Below are positions 59,501 through 61,724 of a stretch of DNA of 61,724 nucleotides, piece after piece (positions within the stretch are counted from its first letter, which is position 1; every line of letters starts with the position of its first letter). Origin of the DNA: Candidatus Omnitrophota bacterium (GTDB lineage: Bacteria; Omnitrophota; Gorgyraeia; Gygaellales; Profunditerraquicolaceae); assembly GCA_003598135.1 (NCBI GenBank), contig QZKA01000019.1, positions 107,690 through 169,413 of the forward strand, written 5' to 3'. The position numbers and the translations under genes are program-made. The notes beneath the pieces are model-generated. The model was not told the DNA's origin. It was given only the letters and a program-made list of their open reading frames with translations, and ran no database searches.

Positions 59501-59839
59501 CTAAAGCGCCACTTCCCCATTTTCACCGGTGCGTATCCGAATGGCGCTTTCGATGTGGTAAATGAATATTTTTCCATCGCCGACATCTCCGGTTTGGGCA
59601 GCATCAATAATAGTCTTGGCAATACGCTCAACATCCTGGTCTCGGACAACAATCTCAATTTTTATTTTGGGGAGGAGTTCTACTTTATATTTTTCTCCCC
59701 GCCACTGCTGCACTACTCCTTTCTGTTTGCCGTGCCCTTCGATTTCGCTGATCATAAGCCCGGCGCAACGGGCATTCTCTAAAACGCGCCGCACGCCATC
59801 TAATTTCTCTGGCCGTATAATTGCCTCTATTTTTTTCAT
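59501..59839 (-). CDS. glnK: Nitrogen regulatory protein P-II
   Basis: 112 aa from the ATG at 59837-59839 (MKKIEAIIRPEKLD...). T-loop GHGKQKGVVQQWRGEKY with Tyr51 conserved. GDGKIF and IRIRTGE motifs. Immediately downstream of amt. Confidence 0.93.
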   Translation of the reverse strand: MKKIEAIIRPEKLDGVRRVLENARCAGLMISEIEGHGKQKGVVQQWRGEKYKVELLPKIKIEIVVRDQDVERIAKTIIDAAQTGDVGDGKIFIYHIESAIRIRTGENGEVAL

Positions 59840-59856
59840 GATAACCTCCCTCACCT

Positions 59857-61179
59857 TTAGCCGTTTTTTGTCCCTAGAAACGAATACGCCGGTTTGCGTC
59901 CTAAGAATTCAGGATATGCGGAATTGCCGTGTTCCCCTATATCAAGCCCTTCTATTTCTTCCTGCAGGCTTACGCGTATGCCTAATGTCGCTTTTAAGAC
60001 CGCCCATGTAAGCAATGAGACGATAAAGGTATACGCTGCGGTAGAGACAACTCCGGTAAACTGGGCAAGCAGCAATTTGGTACCGCCACCAAACAGCAGG
60101 CCGTTTCCGGTGGCAACACCGGTTATTTTGTCCTGGGCAAAGATCCCTATACAAAGCGTACCAAAAATTCCATTCACTAGATGGACTGATAGGGCGCCGA
60201 CAGGATCGTCTATCCTTATTCGGTCAAAACCGATTACTGCCAAGACTACCAATATGCCGGCAATAAGCCCGATAAGTATTGAGCTGCCAACGCTTACAAA
60301 CGCGCAGGGGGCCGTAATAGCTACTAAGCCGGCAAGGCAACCATTAAGCGTCATCCCTAAATCCGGCTTCCCTAAAAGCATCCATGAAATGATAGTCGAG
60401 CTCATTACTGCAGCAGCTGCTGCAGTATTCGTAGTAACGGCTATATGGCTGATTGCCAGAGGATCCGCAGCCATGGTCGAGCCTGGGTTAAACCCAAACC
60501 ATCCGAACCAGAGAACGAACGTGCCTAGCGTCGCAAGCGATAGGTTATGGCCAGGTATGGGGTTTATATTTCCGTTGTGATATTTGCCGAACCTAGGGCC
60601 TAATATCAATACACCGGACAGCGCAGCCCAACCGCCTACGGAATGGACTACCGTAGAGCCGGCAAAATCAAACATCCCTTTCTGCGCCAGCCAACCTCCG
60701 CCCCAGATCCAGTGACCGATTACCGGATAAATAAACATAGTCATAATAAAGGTAAAAAAGATAAAGGATTTATATTTTATCCTTTCTGCAACTACTCCTG
60801 AAACAATGGTTGCTGCTGTTCCGCAAAACACAAGCTGGAAAAAGAATTTTGCCCATAAAGGCACGCCTGTCCAGCTGATTGCAGAGTATACTCCTTGATA
60901 CGCTAAGCCGGTTGCAGGCGAATTATCCAGGCCGCCGGCAAAGAATAAGCCCTTTAATCCCACAAAGGCGTTGCCGTCGCCGAACATAAGCCCCCAACCT
61001 AAAGCTAAGAATCCGAGCGAAGAGACTGCAAATACGATAAAATTCTTGGACAGAATATTCACGCAGTTCTTCATTCTTGCAAAGCCGGCTTCGACCATGG
61101 CAAACCCTAAGTTCATAAAAAATACCAGCATCGCAGTCACAAGCACCCACATTGTATCTAACGCTACCTTAAGCTCCAT
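59857..61179 (-). CDS. amtB: Ammonium transporter (Amt family)
   Basis: 440 aa, about 11 TM helices. DFAGSTVVHSVGG and HLVNGIFG motifs. Confidence 0.95.
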   Translation of the reverse strand: MELKVALDTMWVLVTAMLVFFMNLGFAMVEAGFARMKNCVNILSKNFIVFAVSSLGFLALGWGLMFGDGNAFVGLKGLFFAGGLDNSPATGLAYQGVYSAISWTGVPLWAKFFFQLVFCGTAATIVSGVVAERIKYKSFIFFTFIMTMFIYPVIGHWIWGGGWLAQKGMFDFAGSTVVHSVGGWAALSGVLILGPRFGKYHNGNINPIPGHNLSLATLGTFVLWFGWFGFNPGSTMAADPLAISHIAVTTNTAAAAAVMSSTIISWMLLGKPDLGMTLNGCLAGLVAITAPCAFVSVGSSILIGLIAGILVVLAVIGFDRIRIDDPVGALSVHLVNGIFGTLCIGIFAQDKITGVATGNGLLFGGGTKLLLAQFTGVVSTAAYTFIVSLLTWAVLKATLGIRVSLQEEIEGLDIGEHGNSAYPEFLGRKPAYSFLGTKNG

Positions 61180-61202
61180 ATCACATCCCTCCTTTGTGAA
61201 TT

Positions 61203-61724
61203 TTAGAATGCGTAACTAAGGTATAAACCGGTATAGAATCGGTTCATTTGGTTTCCGTTATTTTTATCGCTTAAACTCCCCCATGGCAGCGAGTAATTAA
61301 TAGTGGGCTTGCAGGATAAATTCTTTGCAAGAGGGATACTAATCCCTGCGCCAATTGCAGCGTCGCCGCCTTTTCCCCTGTAATACTGTTTATTGTTATG
61401 GCCGACGTGGCCGTTTATATCTAAACTGCAGGTGTATCTGCCTATTTTGGCAGGCAGGCTATACGCTAAATTAAGCACAGTATAGCTACCTTCGCCGCCA
61501 CCATCCTCTTTCCTGCCATAATCGTAGTAGTAATATATTGAAGGCGACAAAAAGAACTTTGGAACGGCTATTCCCGTATACCATTCGCGGCTAAATCCCC
61601 TGGGAGCTCCATCGCTAGGAGTCGCGTCAGGGAAATCGTAATAGGTATGGCCAACAGAGACGTCAAAAGAAGGAAAATTATAGGTGTAATCAAAAATGTA
61701 ATCTGTCTCGGACGACTTGAGGGC
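61203..61724 (-). CDS. TorF/Gcw_chp-type putative outer-membrane porin, C-terminal part (frame stays open to the window end)
   Basis: The track shows only 61203-61550, with a TTG written as M. The same frame stays open upstream to 61724 (ALKSSETDYIFDYTYNFPSFDVSVGHTYYDFPD...). It has an alternating aromatic/Gly beta-strand pattern and a C-terminal ...YLSYAF. This family is commonly found next to amt-glnK. Confidence 0.6.
   Translation of the reverse strand, partial: ALKSSETDYIFDYTYNFPSFDVSVGHTYYDFPDATPSDGAPRGFSREWYTGIAVPKFFLSPSIYYYYDYGRKEDGGGEGSYTVLNLAYSLPAKIGRYTCSLDINGHVGHNNKQYYRGKGGDAAIGAGISIPLAKNLSCKPTINYSLPWGSLSDKNNGNQMNRFYTGLYLSYAF

Noticed and set aside
59687-59704. An apparent Tyr-to-Trp replacement at the P-II T-loop uridylylation site.
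   Set aside because: Recounting from the true start (ATG at 59839) shows that the Trp is residue 46 (E. coli Tyr46). Tyr51 is conserved (RGEKY), so the T-loop is ordinary.

Overview
This is a very gene-dense chromosomal segment of 61.7 kb. I call about 52 protein genes, all but two on the minus strand, and many neighbours overlap by 4-23 nt at their start and stop codons. The host is an LPS-making (diderm) bacterium; the gene content (NfnAB, GH57 branching enzyme, split carB) suggests an anaerobic, uncultivated lineage, but that is inference only.

The ORF track writes alternative start codons (TTG/GTG) as M, so I trimmed several N-termini to the ATG that has a Shine-Dalgarno sequence.

Gene blocks, in + coordinates (all read on the minus strand unless stated):
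- infB(partial)-nusA-rimP-proS, an orphan CpaF-type ATPase, then ispG-rseP-dxr-cdsA-uppS.
- GH57 branching enzyme plus DUF4912.
- A two-gene envelope lipoprotein unit with its own promoter and terminator.
- purA, an HMGL-family synthase, a secreted pseudo-phosphatase/thioredoxin protein, serA plus a class-V aminotransferase, and clpP-tig.
- An LPS block: lptB, fused lptC/A, kdsC, kdsD, kdsA, kdsB, heptose kinase and msbA, with a Gfo/Idh/MocA gene and lpxB diverging on the + strand.
- M48 peptidase, an L27-like gene, a beta-CASP MBL nuclease, TVP38 and DUF1846.
- A half-size carB, carA and pyrG.
- A two-gene HD-GYP unit.
- A nitrogen block: gdhA, nfnBA, glgP, gltDB, a Fis-like gene, glnA, glnK, amt and a TorF-type porin (partial).

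I see no rRNA, tRNA, CRISPR array, transposase, integrase or recognisable defence system. I cannot support the presence of a large novel system here.

The observations most worth follow-up are:
- A promoter followed by a terminator hairpin in the pyrG leader, which may be an attenuator.
- A 306-nt repeat- and hairpin-rich non-coding island directly after the carB split point.
- An N-terminally shortened L27-like gene.
- A ProRS whose INS editing domain is replaced by a CxxC...CxxC element.
- A trigger factor without its PPIase domain.
- An LptC-LptA fusion.
- A metallophosphatase-like protein with degenerate catalytic motifs fused to thioredoxin-like domains.
- An HD-GYP gene paired with a paralogous sensor-domain protein.
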